DNA of 44,423 nt from a virus (Duplodnaviria > Caudoviricetes), in the IMG/VR virus record IMGVR_UViG_3300022666_000034, positions 1-44,423 of that record. The stretch is one strand, 5' to 3'. The notes under the pieces are model-generated. The model searched no databases. It had not been told where the DNA came from and saw nothing but the letters and a program-made list of their open reading frames with translations. This document shows, piece by piece, positions 1 to 6,828 of the stretch (position 1 is its first letter; the number at the start of each line of letters is the position of its first letter). Both the position numbers and the translations under genes were made by a program.

Positions 1-127
1 GAAGTCGATAACAGTGTTATAACAGTGTTAAGCAGTGTTATAACAAACGATAACACCGTTATAACAAACGATAACACACCTATAACCAGTAGCAGTAGCA
101 GTAACAGTAGCAGTAACATAGAATCTA
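1..127. repeat. Terminal direct repeat copy 1 (identical to 44297-44423), likely assembly circularisation overlap
   Basis: Exact 127-bp identity between the two ends; it falls inside a gene. Confidence 0.95.
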
Positions 128-480
128 TTAAAACCTATTCTTCATCTGCCGATGAAGTTTTCTCCGTATTTTGGAACGCATATCCGAAGAAGGTCGGCAA
201 GGATGCAGCACTCAAGGCATGGAAAAAAATCAAGAGTCCATCAGAGACTCTCGGCAAGATACTTATGGCACTGGAATGGCAAGTTAAGTCGGAGGCGTGG
301 ACAAAAGACGGCGGGCAATATATCCCAAATCCAGCGACCTACTTAAACCAAGGGCGATGGAAGGATGAACCGACCACTAGGAATTGGTCAAACCAGTCGT
401 CAAAGGGTGTCCAAGGAACGCTGGCAAGGATAGAGGAGCTAAGGGCAAAAAAGGCGGCGGCAGGAGGTGGTAATGTTTGA
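1..480 (+). CDS. Phage replication initiator (lambda O/DnaD-like), C-terminal part; gene starts at 44072 and crosses the junction (~234 aa in total)
   Basis: FSVFWNAYPKKVGKDAALKAW...YIPNPATYLNQGRWKDE motif typical of phage replisome organisers; in frame with ATG 44072. Confidence 0.85.
   Translation, partial: EVDNSVITVLSSVITNDNTVITNDNTPITSSSSSNSSSNIESIKTYSSSADEVFSVFWNAYPKKVGKDAALKAWKKIKSPSETLGKILMALEWQVKSEAWTKDGGQYIPNPATYLNQGRWKDEPTTRNWSNQSSKGVQGTLARIEELRAKKAAAGGGNV
7..86. promoter_or_regulatory. Probable replication origin: iterons inside the initiator gene
   Basis: Palindromic GTTATAAC at 16, 37 and 58 and a degenerate copy at 79 (21-bp period); GTTATAACAAACGATAACAC exact at 37-56 and 58-77; lambda ori-in-O arrangement. 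Confidence 0.75.
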
Positions 481-1048
481 CCATTCAACAGACGAGCGAT
501 TCCTTTTCGTTATGGCCGCACTCGGAGAGGCCAGCGGGCAGGAAAGCAGCTCGTTTAAGGAAAGGATCTATGCCGAGGCGTTGAAAGATATCCCGATTGA
601 GGCAATCGAGCAAGCGGCATGGCAGATAATCCGCACCCGCACACTTGCCAGTTTCCCGAAGGTGGGCGAGATTCGCGAATACCTGCACGGCGGAAAAATG
701 GAAGATAAGGCGGTGCTGGCCCTCGACCAACTTGAACGCGCCATGTCAAGCGTGGGTAAATACCGGAGTGTGGCGTTTACCGACAAGACCATTATGGCAG
801 TTGTGCACTCAATGGGCGGGTGGGTGAAGCTGTGCAGCATGGAAGCGGAAGAATGGAAATGGGCAAGGAAGGATTTTGAAAAAATTTACCGTGCGTATGC
901 TCAGCTACCAACGGCCCATCTACAGATACCTGAACATCTGTCTGGTATTGCTGAACGGGATAACAGCGTAAGAGGGCTAAAGGATGCATCGGAAAATGTT
1001 ATCATGATTGGCGGTCTGTGCAATGTGCCGCTGTTGAGCGCATCGTGA
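473..1048 (+). CDS. DUF6475-like replication accessory protein (helicase loader/inhibitor-like)
   Basis: FPKVGEIRE and SVAFTDKTIMAVVHSMGGWVKLC motifs; directly follows the initiator; GGAGG RBS before ATG 473. Confidence 0.65.
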   Translation: MFDHSTDERFLFVMAALGEASGQESSSFKERIYAEALKDIPIEAIEQAAWQIIRTRTLASFPKVGEIREYLHGGKMEDKAVLALDQLERAMSSVGKYRSVAFTDKTIMAVVHSMGGWVKLCSMEAEEWKWARKDFEKIYRAYAQLPTAHLQIPEHLSGIAERDNSVRGLKDASENVIMIGGLCNVPLLSAS

Positions 1049-1293
1049 TTTTCGCGAAGATAGTATGATGCATAATGGCGGATGACGGAGGAAGCGAAAA
1101 AGATAATGGGAGGCAATACATAACACAGCAATCTTGCCGCTTCCCTGCCCCCGTGAGCCGTTTTTGCTAGTGCGCGAAGGGGTGAGGTAGGGGTGGTCGC
1201 GAAAATGGAAAGGAGGGGCGAAAATTGGCGAGAGAATAGCGATTGGAATCGGAATGGGCTAATATGTGGAGAGTGGCTAGATATATTTGCGGA

Positions 1294-1405
1294 ATATAAC
1301 GGCTACGCCCTGACCGGCGCGGCGAATAACAGAGAGGAGACATTATGAGCAATGCAGCGGAAACAGCAGAGAGATCCGCGCCCGAGTCCAGGGACGTGGT
1401 TATGC
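1294..1405 (-). repeat. attC-like site A (112 bp; loop contains the RBS and ATG of the next gene)
   Basis: ATATAAC...CCCTGACCGGCGCGG / CCGCGCCCGAGTCCAGGG-ACGTG-GTTATGC. Confidence 0.75.
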
Positions 1406-1662
1406 AAATCGATGTGGCTTTCGGAGACCCGGCGCCAAATCGCATGTTTTCTCCCTGGCAGCACTACATTACGAAATTTCTGACGTTCTCCAAGTCGGTC
1501 CCGTGCGCTCATTGCGGACGGAAAGGGATGCGTCACTGGACACTGTTGAAATTTTTCCGAGTCATGGAGGAGGGTGCATTTACCCTGAAGCCCTCCGAGC
1601 AAGAATATCCGCCTCTAACTCCGGTATGCACGAAGCATATCCTCTCGGAGTCAAAGGCATAA
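1345..1662 (+). CDS. Hypothetical Zn-binding cassette protein
   Basis: GAGGAG RBS; CAHC motif; the TAA stop is part of the GCATAAC box. Confidence 0.75.
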   Translation: MSNAAETAERSAPESRDVVMQIDVAFGDPAPNRMFSPWQHYITKFLTFSKSVPCAHCGRKGMRHWTLLKFFRVMEEGAFTLKPSEQEYPPLTPVCTKHILSESKA

Positions 1663-1709
1663 CGATAGTGAGGCGTCACCAGCTTGTCTGGTGCCGCCGA
1701 TGGTTATAC
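1657..1709 (-). repeat. attC-like site B
   Basis: GCATAAC...GGCGTCACCAG-CTTGT-CTGGTGCCGCC..GTTATAC. Confidence 0.8.
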
Positions 1710-1730
1710 AGCGGTTTTGAATATCCAGCA

Positions 1731-1875
1731 GGCTGTCTCGCTTGCACGGCGGATTAGGGGAGTAGTGGCGAGTGTTCCCGGCTGCTACTCAAATTCGATG
1801 ATGCCCACCGTCTGAAACCAACAGAGGAACCCGGAGAGACAGCCAAAACAACGACACGCCGGGAGGCAGCCCGGC
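1731..1875 (+). ncRNA. Putative structured RNA or leader inside cassette 2
   Basis: GGCTGTCTC (1731-39)/GAGACAGCC (1836-44) enclose a GAGTAG/CTACTC hairpin; a GCCGGG/CCCGGC hairpin follows at 1858-75. Confidence 0.35.
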
Positions 1876-1893
1876 ACATTAAACGGAGGCGGT

Positions 1894-2253
1894 ATGCAGC
1901 TCAGAGACGATCAGCTTGAAGCACTGCGGCACATGCTCGGCATAGATGATCCGAGTGTTAAGGAGCCGAAGTCGTACCGAAACTATTACTGTGCCTGCAA
2001 AAATGACTCGTTGATGAATGGTCTGCGGCATTTGGGATTCGTCCGGCTGTACCGAGTCACAGACGATTATGACTATTTCACGGCCACTGAAACGGGTATT
2101 GCAGCGGCTCACGCCAGCCACAAGAAAATCAGGTGGCCGAAGGCAAAGCGCATGTACCACAAGTTTCTGGACCTGAGTGATTGCTGGCCCGACCTCACAT
2201 TCAGGCAATTTCTCACGGACCCGGAGCTATTGGAAATACGGAGAGCTGTATAA
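1894..2253 (+). CDS. Hypothetical cassette protein
   Basis: GGAGG RBS; QLEALRHMLG...YRNYY motif recalled from phage hypotheticals; stop in the GTATAAC box. Confidence 0.8.
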   Translation: MQLRDDQLEALRHMLGIDDPSVKEPKSYRNYYCACKNDSLMNGLRHLGFVRLYRVTDDYDYFTATETGIAAAHASHKKIRWPKAKRMYHKFLDLSDCWPDLTFRQFLTDPELLEIRRAV

Positions 2254-2302
2254 CGGCCAGGCGTTTGACCAGCTTTCGGGCTGGTCGGAACGCTGGTTAT
2301 GC
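2248..2302 (-). repeat. attC-like site C
   Basis: GTATAAC..GCGTTTGACCAGC-TTTCGG-GCTGGTCGGAACGC.TG.GTTATGC. Confidence 0.85.
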
Positions 2303-2323
2303 CCTTCGATGGGCGGGGAGGAA

Positions 2324-2530
2324 ATGGTGGAGGTAGGTCAAAAGCTCACGAGCCGAGGTTTTATCAACTGCCCTGAGTGCGAGGCTCTAGTAAAACATGT
2401 GCATTCGGCGCAACAAGACAAACTTTTCCTGTCTCGAAAATTACAGGCCATTCGCGCAATCTGCACAACTGACCATGAGGATAAATTACAATTCATTGCC
2501 CGAGTCCTGAAAGTTTTGGACGGGGCGTAA
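2324..2530 (+). CDS. Hypothetical cassette protein (68 aa, CPEC motif)
   Basis: GGAGG RBS before ATG 2324; stop in the GCGTAAC box. Confidence 0.7.
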   Translation: MVEVGQKLTSRGFINCPECEALVKHVHSAQQDKLFLSRKLQAIRAICTTDHEDKLQFIARVLKVLDGA

Positions 2531-2638
2531 CGGCTGGTGGATGACCGCCAAGGGAGGGAAACATGAATAGGCATGAACTGAATGAAGCGGCAAAACCACT
2601 GGGAGAAAGAAAAGGTGCGGTCGATTCGTTGGTTATAA
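2525..2638 (-). repeat. attC-like site D (114 bp; loop contains the RBS and ATG of the Lar-like gene)
   Basis: GCGTAAC-8nt-GATGACCGC ... GCGGTCGATT-CGTTG-GTTATAA. Confidence 0.75.
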
Positions 2639-2835
2639 AGTCTTGTCCGTTCTGTGGGGCAACCGATGATTTTGGCATTGGGCGCGGAACAGAAGACAGC
2701 GAGGGGTTCCCAACCTATCTGTATTGTGCATCATGTGGGGCGCAAGGCCCGTGGGTTTACACGCGAGACAACTCGGTTTTTACTTGTACCGCTATTGCTG
2801 CGGATAAGACCGGCTGGAACCAGAGAGCCTTATAA
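2563..2835 (+). CDS. Lar-family restriction alleviation protein
   Basis: KSCPFCG...YCASCGAQGP...WNQR signature of Lar-like zinc ribbons. Confidence 0.75.
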   Translation: MNRHELNEAAKPLGERKGAVDSLVIKSCPFCGATDDFGIGRGTEDSEGFPTYLYCASCGAQGPWVYTRDNSVFTCTAIAADKTGWNQRAL

Positions 2836-2895
2836 CGCCAAGGGTAACCGGTTGCGCGGCAGTTTGCGCAATCCGCATTGACCCGCTGGTTAGCC
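2830..2895 (-). repeat. attC-like site E (canonical spacing on the minus strand)
   Basis: Minus strand reads GGCTAAC-5nt-GGTCAATG...GGTTACC-6nt-GTTATAA, matching the R''-L''-L'-R' layout with the extra C at L'' position 4. Confidence 0.88.
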
Positions 2896-2913
2896 GATTT
2901 TATTGGAGGATTT

Positions 2914-3345
2914 ATGTCTGAACAGAACGAATGGATAAGCATAGATGACGCTCGTTTCCCGCTGGAAAAATACAAGGGGGACGAGATTGCAATACGGACA
3001 AAAGCCAACAATGGTCGGTGGATATACCAGATTGCCGTTGTTGATGGCGATGGAAAGGTTGCGATTGACCCCTGCGTGATGTGCTCGCAGTGCGGTGGGA
3101 CTCTGCAATGGAAACCGCACGCCTGGAACCCGTTTTCAAAAATGCCGATGGAGTGGAAACCGCTGGGAAAATTTATTGACGCTGACCGCAGGGTAGCCTC
3201 GTTCAAGGCGGAAGCAGAAGCTAACTACAATCGAGCACTGGAAGCTGAGGAATTATTGTACCTATTTTATATCGACCGCGACAAAAAAGCGGAAGAAGCG
3301 ATTATCAACTTTGTGCAAGATGGGCTTGATAAGGAGGGGTTATGA
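2914..3345 (+). CDS. Hypothetical cassette protein (EWISIDD N-terminus, CxxC)
   Basis: GGAGG RBS before ATG 2914; ATGA overlap with the next gene. Confidence 0.75.
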   Translation: MSEQNEWISIDDARFPLEKYKGDEIAIRTKANNGRWIYQIAVVDGDGKVAIDPCVMCSQCGGTLQWKPHAWNPFSKMPMEWKPLGKFIDADRRVASFKAEAEANYNRALEAEELLYLFYIDRDKKAEEAIINFVQDGLDKEGL

Positions 3346-3839
3346 GCTGGGGAGAACTACAGTGTACGCATTACGGAAATTGCAACCATGCGCCAACCAT
3401 GGCGACCTGCAACAAGGAATGCGGTTTCTTTTTGCAAAAATTCAACTTTGAACCAGTGCGGCAACCGATTGGGTTTGAAATACCTGAGAATGGAACTGAC
3501 GACGGCAAAACGCCCTACAATGGAAAGGATTACCCAATTCACAGCTCTGGGCCGTGGGCTGTGACTTCCGGGATTGTGCCTGACCGCAACGGCCGGTTGA
3601 TCATTGAGGACTGCCACGGGAACCCGGTATGCGCAACCTCTGCCAAGGGTGTGCAGGGTCAAGTGCTGATCATGGAGGCCAACGCCAAAATTATTGCCGC
3701 CGCGCCTGAAATGCTGGAGGTGTTGCGATGGCTGGATGCGGAAATGGACTGCCGAGATGATGATTTCGGAGGAGCGCTGTTTTCCAGAGGAGATTTTGGG
3801 AGAGTGCGCCGGGCAATCAAACTGGCAATGGAAGGCTAA
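3342..3839 (+). CDS. Hypothetical mosaic phage protein
   Basis: HSSGPW...EANAKIIAAAPEML motif common in phage early proteins; Cys-rich N-terminus; stop in the GGCTAAC box. Confidence 0.8.
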   Translation: MSWGELQCTHYGNCNHAPTMATCNKECGFFLQKFNFEPVRQPIGFEIPENGTDDGKTPYNGKDYPIHSSGPWAVTSGIVPDRNGRLIIEDCHGNPVCATSAKGVQGQVLIMEANAKIIAAAPEMLEVLRWLDAEMDCRDDDFGGALFSRGDFGRVRRAIKLAMEG

Positions 3840-3886
3840 CGGCTTGAGGCTGACCCGTTCTCAGCGGGTCGAGCCGATGGTTATCT
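3834..3886 (-). repeat. attC-like site F
   Basis: GGCTAAC-8nt-GCTGACCCGT-TCTCA-GCGGGTCGAGC-CGATG-GTTATCT; single extra G in the right arm. Confidence 0.88.
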
Positions 3887-3900
3887 GATTGGAGGTTGAT

Positions 3901-4167
3901 ATGAGGGAAACACTTTGCATCTTTTTCGCAATTTCGCACTGGCTGAAATATCGCGGGTGCCCTGACTCGATTCCGTCTAGTCGCGGGTGGAATCGGTACA
4001 AACGACTGATAGGGTTGTGGGGGTTCTGGCCGGTGTTTCACGACACATGGCTGACCATTCTCCACGCTGTCGGAATCCACCGTTTTTTCGATTGGTCGAA
4101 CGATCAGCAGCGATATGTCGGCTATTGGAAACTCGGGAAACCACAGTTAACTTTTTTATTCAGATAA
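3901..4167 (+). CDS. Hypothetical Trp-rich cassette protein
   Basis: GGAGG RBS before ATG 3901; stop in the AGATAAC box. Confidence 0.7.
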   Translation: MRETLCIFFAISHWLKYRGCPDSIPSSRGWNRYKRLIGLWGFWPVFHDTWLTILHAVGIHRFFDWSNDQQRYVGYWKLGKPQLTFLFR

Positions 4168-4220
4168 CGCTTCAAGGCTTACCCGCCGTCTTTTCGGGCG
4201 GGTGGTGCCGCTGGTTAAAT
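4162..4220 (-). repeat. attC-like site G
   Basis: AGATAAC-8nt-GCTTACCCGCC...GGCGGGTGGTGC-CGCTG-GTTAAAT. Confidence 0.82.
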
Positions 4221-4236
4221 TACAAAGGGAGGATTT

Positions 4237-4653
4237 ATGACACTGGAACAGATACAAGAAAAAGCTGATTCATTTTTCGAGTTTCCGACTGAGAACAAAG
4301 ACCATGTGACTACTACAAGCGCCGTGCTGTTTGCCCGCGAGTGCTGTAAAGAGGCGATTGCAGGCAGGACGTATTTCCACTCAGATGAGGAAGTAGAGAA
4401 AGATCTTGAGTTCGCTTTCAAGAGATCGATGGTGTTGGCTAACATGTTGAAAATTCCGGTTCACGAATCGCCGAAAGTCACGGGAACAATTCTTGGGCTT
4501 GTCCGTGGGGCCGTGGAGCGGTTGCAGTCGAGGATTGCAGAACTTGAAGCCGCTATTCTCAAAACCCTCAACTAGAACGGCCATCTAGCGGACGGGGACG
4601 TATGCACCTTGATTGATTTAAAACGTGCAATGTCAACTTGGGAGCTAGAGTAA
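4237..4653 (+). pseudogene. Hypothetical cassette gene with an internal amber stop (ORF 4237-4575; frame continues to TAA 4653)
   Basis: After TAG 4573-75 the frame reads NGHLADGDVCTLIDLKRAMSTWELE and stops at the next attC-like box. Confidence 0.6.
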
Positions 4654-4716
4654 TCTAACGGCCTGGGCGGTGAACCGCCAGGCTTTATCGGGCGGCTTCG
4701 ACCGTCCTGGTTATAG
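4653..4716 (-). repeat. attC-like site H
   Basis: ATCTAAC..GGGCGGTGAACCGCC...GGCGGCTTCGACCGTCC.TG.GTTATAG. Confidence 0.82.
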
Positions 4717-4730
4717 TGCGAAAGGATACA

Positions 4731-5174
4731 GTGACACATTCTGACCTCGTAAAAATCGCTGAACGGTGGCTGATCGGCTCCCGGAAGTGCGGGGCGGTCA
4801 TTACCGAATTGGTCACGCTTGGCATGGAAACGCCGGACGCTATCGGATTTCGTGATGGATCATCAACGCTGGTCGAGTGCAAGGCAAGCCGTTCTGATTT
4901 TCTGGCCGACGCCAAGAAGCTCTTCCGTCGCAACCCTTGGATGGGGATGGGAACATACAGATTTTACCTCTGCCCTGCTGGCATCATCACCGCCCAAGAC
5001 CTCCCTGAAAAGTGGGGGCTGATATGGGTCAACGAAAAGGGCAAACCTCGGATGCAGATAGGTCCGAAAGGCAACATCTGGAGCGCACAAGAGGCGTTCC
5101 GCTTCGATGAGAAAAACCATCAGGCGGAACAGATGATTTTGGTTAGTGCCCTGCGTCGGCTACAAGGCCGGTAG
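4731..5174 (+). CDS. PD-(D/E)xK nuclease-like protein (MmcB-like)
   Basis: ETPDAIGF...LVECKASRSDFLAD...YRFYLCPAG...LPEKWGL motif. Confidence 0.75.
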   Translation: MTHSDLVKIAERWLIGSRKCGAVITELVTLGMETPDAIGFRDGSSTLVECKASRSDFLADAKKLFRRNPWMGMGTYRFYLCPAGIITAQDLPEKWGLIWVNEKGKPRMQIGPKGNIWSAQEAFRFDEKNHQAEQMILVSALRRLQGR

Positions 5175-5178
5175 AGCA

Positions 5179-5238
5179 CTATAACGGCAAGGGTAAACAG
5201 CGAGCGAAGCGGAGACGGACACCACGCCGTGGTTATGC
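5179..5238 (-). repeat. attC-like site I (arms poorly complementary; degenerate or chimeric)
   Basis: CTATAAC and GTTATGC boxes are present and match the neighbouring cassettes; the internal stem is weak. Confidence 0.6.
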
Positions 5239-5262
5239 GTTTCCGCCACTTCCGGGGGGAAT

Positions 5263-5661
5263 ATGGAAATCAAGAAGTGGGTAATGCACATCATTGGACC
5301 GGATGAAATTCACGAGATGCCGGATGAAATCACGGCTCTCCGCGAGGCCAACAAACTGAACAGGCGGATTGTGAAATGGAGAGAAGAAGACCCGTCGCCG
5401 CATGATCCCTTCATGGTTGCGCTGGTAATAGAGCAGACTGTCAGCCCCCGCAAAGCTCCGTGGTGCGACTTCGCTGGAAACCCCATTTTTGAGGGCAGCA
5501 CCATACAGCATCCCTCCGGTGAGCGCGGCACGGTTGTTTTTCTGGCAGATGAAGAACAGGCAAGCGACCAATGGAGAGTTGATTACGGCGGCGAGGATAA
5601 ATCTCGGCTCTGCCTCCAAATCAACGACAAGGGGCAGGCGGTGGTAGTAGAGACCGCATAA
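5263..5661 (+). CDS. Hypothetical cassette protein (YopX-like C-terminal half)
   Basis: DFAGNPIFEGSTI motif; stop in the GCATAAC box. Confidence 0.75.
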   Translation: MEIKKWVMHIIGPDEIHEMPDEITALREANKLNRRIVKWREEDPSPHDPFMVALVIEQTVSPRKAPWCDFAGNPIFEGSTIQHPSGERGTVVFLADEEQASDQWRVDYGGEDKSRLCLQINDKGQAVVVETA

Positions 5662-5704
5662 CGCTGGAGCGCACCCGCCCGGCGGTGTGCGCGGCGGGTT
5701 AGGC
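5656..5704 (-). repeat. attC-like site J (last of the array)
   Basis: GCATAAC..GCGCACCCGCC/GGCGGTGTGCGC..GTTAGGC. Confidence 0.75.
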
Positions 5705-5714
5705 CATCGCCCGG

Positions 5715-5743
5715 AAAAAGAAAAGCCCCTCAGAAGAGGGGCT
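5715..5743 (-). terminator. Intrinsic terminator for the minus-strand operon
   Basis: AGCCCCTC-AGAA-GAGGGGCT stem preceded by an A-tract (U-tract on the minus strand). Confidence 0.7.
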
Positions 5744-5815
5744 GTGCCGTCACGGGAAGCCAGAAATCCAGCCGGGCGGCGTGTTCCGCCTGGATCTCTT
5801 CAAATTCCTCCCGGA

Positions 5816-6304
5816 TTATGAGTGTAGTCTTTTGAGGCCCGCGACCCAATCTAGGGACGCATCATCAGCGTCCTCGTACTCGGTGTATGCGGGCTCTATC
5901 GGATAGTTGCCGGGTGTGCTCTCCGATGTGTAAATCTTGTACATGCCGCAATTTGCACACACCTCTTTTGAGGTGATTTGTGTTCCGCCAATACCCCATA
6001 CACCGGGATTTTCCTGGCAGCCGCCCAAGAGTTCGTAGGGAGATTGCCAGTCGTGGATTCCTTCTTCGCTGTCGCAATCCGGCTCCACGGTTTCCCTATC
6101 CACCAAAACAGAGAAGCGTTCACCTTCACCGATCTCTTCGTCGTCATCATCGACCTCAACCAGATATACACCGACATAGCAGGATTTGTCGCCGTACTCG
6201 CCGTCTTGTACCCATTCTTCAGCGACCGCACGAGCTTCCTTCATGTCTTCGGCCTCGAAATATTCACTGCCTCCGCACTCTTCGCGCATATAAAACCTTG
6301 CCAT
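5816..6304 (-). CDS. Highly acidic hypothetical protein
   Basis: 162-aa D/E-rich ORF with GGAGG RBS. Confidence 0.8.
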   Translation of the reverse strand: MARFYMREECGGSEYFEAEDMKEARAVAEEWVQDGEYGDKSCYVGVYLVEVDDDDEEIGEGERFSVLVDRETVEPDCDSEEGIHDWQSPYELLGGCQENPGVWGIGGTQITSKEVCANCGMYKIYTSESTPGNYPIEPAYTEYEDADDASLDWVAGLKRLHS

Positions 6305-6308
6305 GATG

Positions 6309-6458
6309 TCAATCCTCCTTTGCTGAGATTTTTTTCTTTCGCGCCAACTCTCTCAACGCCGCCGCGATTACAGCGGAATTGGAGAGAGAGAGGGCGGCGG
6401 CTAGGGTGAGGAGGAGCCGATCGGACTCCTCCGAAAAATATACGTTGCGCGTTGGCAT
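6309..6458 (-). CDS. Small ribbon-helix-helix (CopG/Arc-like) DNA-binding protein
   Basis: MPTRNVYFSEESDRLL...SNSAVIAAALRELARK pattern; GAGGAGG RBS. Confidence 0.65.
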   Translation of the reverse strand: MPTRNVYFSEESDRLLLTLAAALSLSNSAVIAAALRELARKKKISAKED

Positions 6459-6501
6459 GCTAGACCTCCTCGATGTCGCCGGTATTGAGCGACCGGCTGC
6501 G

Positions 6502-6789
6502 TTAAGACCCAAGTATTACACGGCCCACTTCATCCGTGCTCACGAGCTCACTCCATGCCTTCAGAAAATCCCAGTCTGAGCAGGGAGCCAGCTGACTGTG
6601 GAGATGCTCGCGCAACTCATCATCCATAACGGCTCCGTACCTGTCTGCATCGCCCCTGCTAACGTCTTTTTTTGTCAATTCGCCAAGATTGCCAGTCCAA
6701 GGATTTTTTACGATTATAGGGGCATTGTTGTCATACTCGTACTCTTCGCCGTCGATATCGGCAATCGTCCTCCATTCTTCTCTTTTCAT
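6502..6789 (-). CDS. Acidic hypothetical protein
   Basis: MDDELREHLHSQLAPCSDWDFL motif; GGAGG RBS. Confidence 0.75.
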   Translation of the reverse strand: MKREEWRTIADIDGEEYEYDNNAPIIVKNPWTGNLGELTKKDVSRGDADRYGAVMDDELREHLHSQLAPCSDWDFLKAWSELVSTDEVGRVILGS

Positions 6790-6828
6790 TTCCCCACCTC
6801 CAAGCGCCGGCAACCGGCGCGGTTAGTA

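Larger units (their letters stand above)
1294..5704. mobile_element. Integron-like gene cassette array (9 cassettes, 10 attC-like sites), no integron integrase
   Basis: Each gene unit is flanked by NNNTAAC...GTTANNN hairpins; the right box of each site is complementary to the left box of the next site. Confidence 0.85.

Noticed and set aside
1-127. 127-bp terminal repeat as a biological direct terminal repeat
   Set aside because: It lies mid-gene and 127 is a common assembler k-mer length, so an assembly overlap of a circular contig is more likely
1790-1830. Hammerhead ribozyme in the cassette 2 leader
   Set aside because: CGATGAT...GAAAC only loosely resembles the CUGAnGA...GAAA core, and the required stems are not evident
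1656-5704. Intergenic hairpins as ordinary intrinsic terminators
   Set aside because: They lack U-tracts, have fixed TAAC/GTTA boxes, and show cross-cassette box complementarity that terminators would not need
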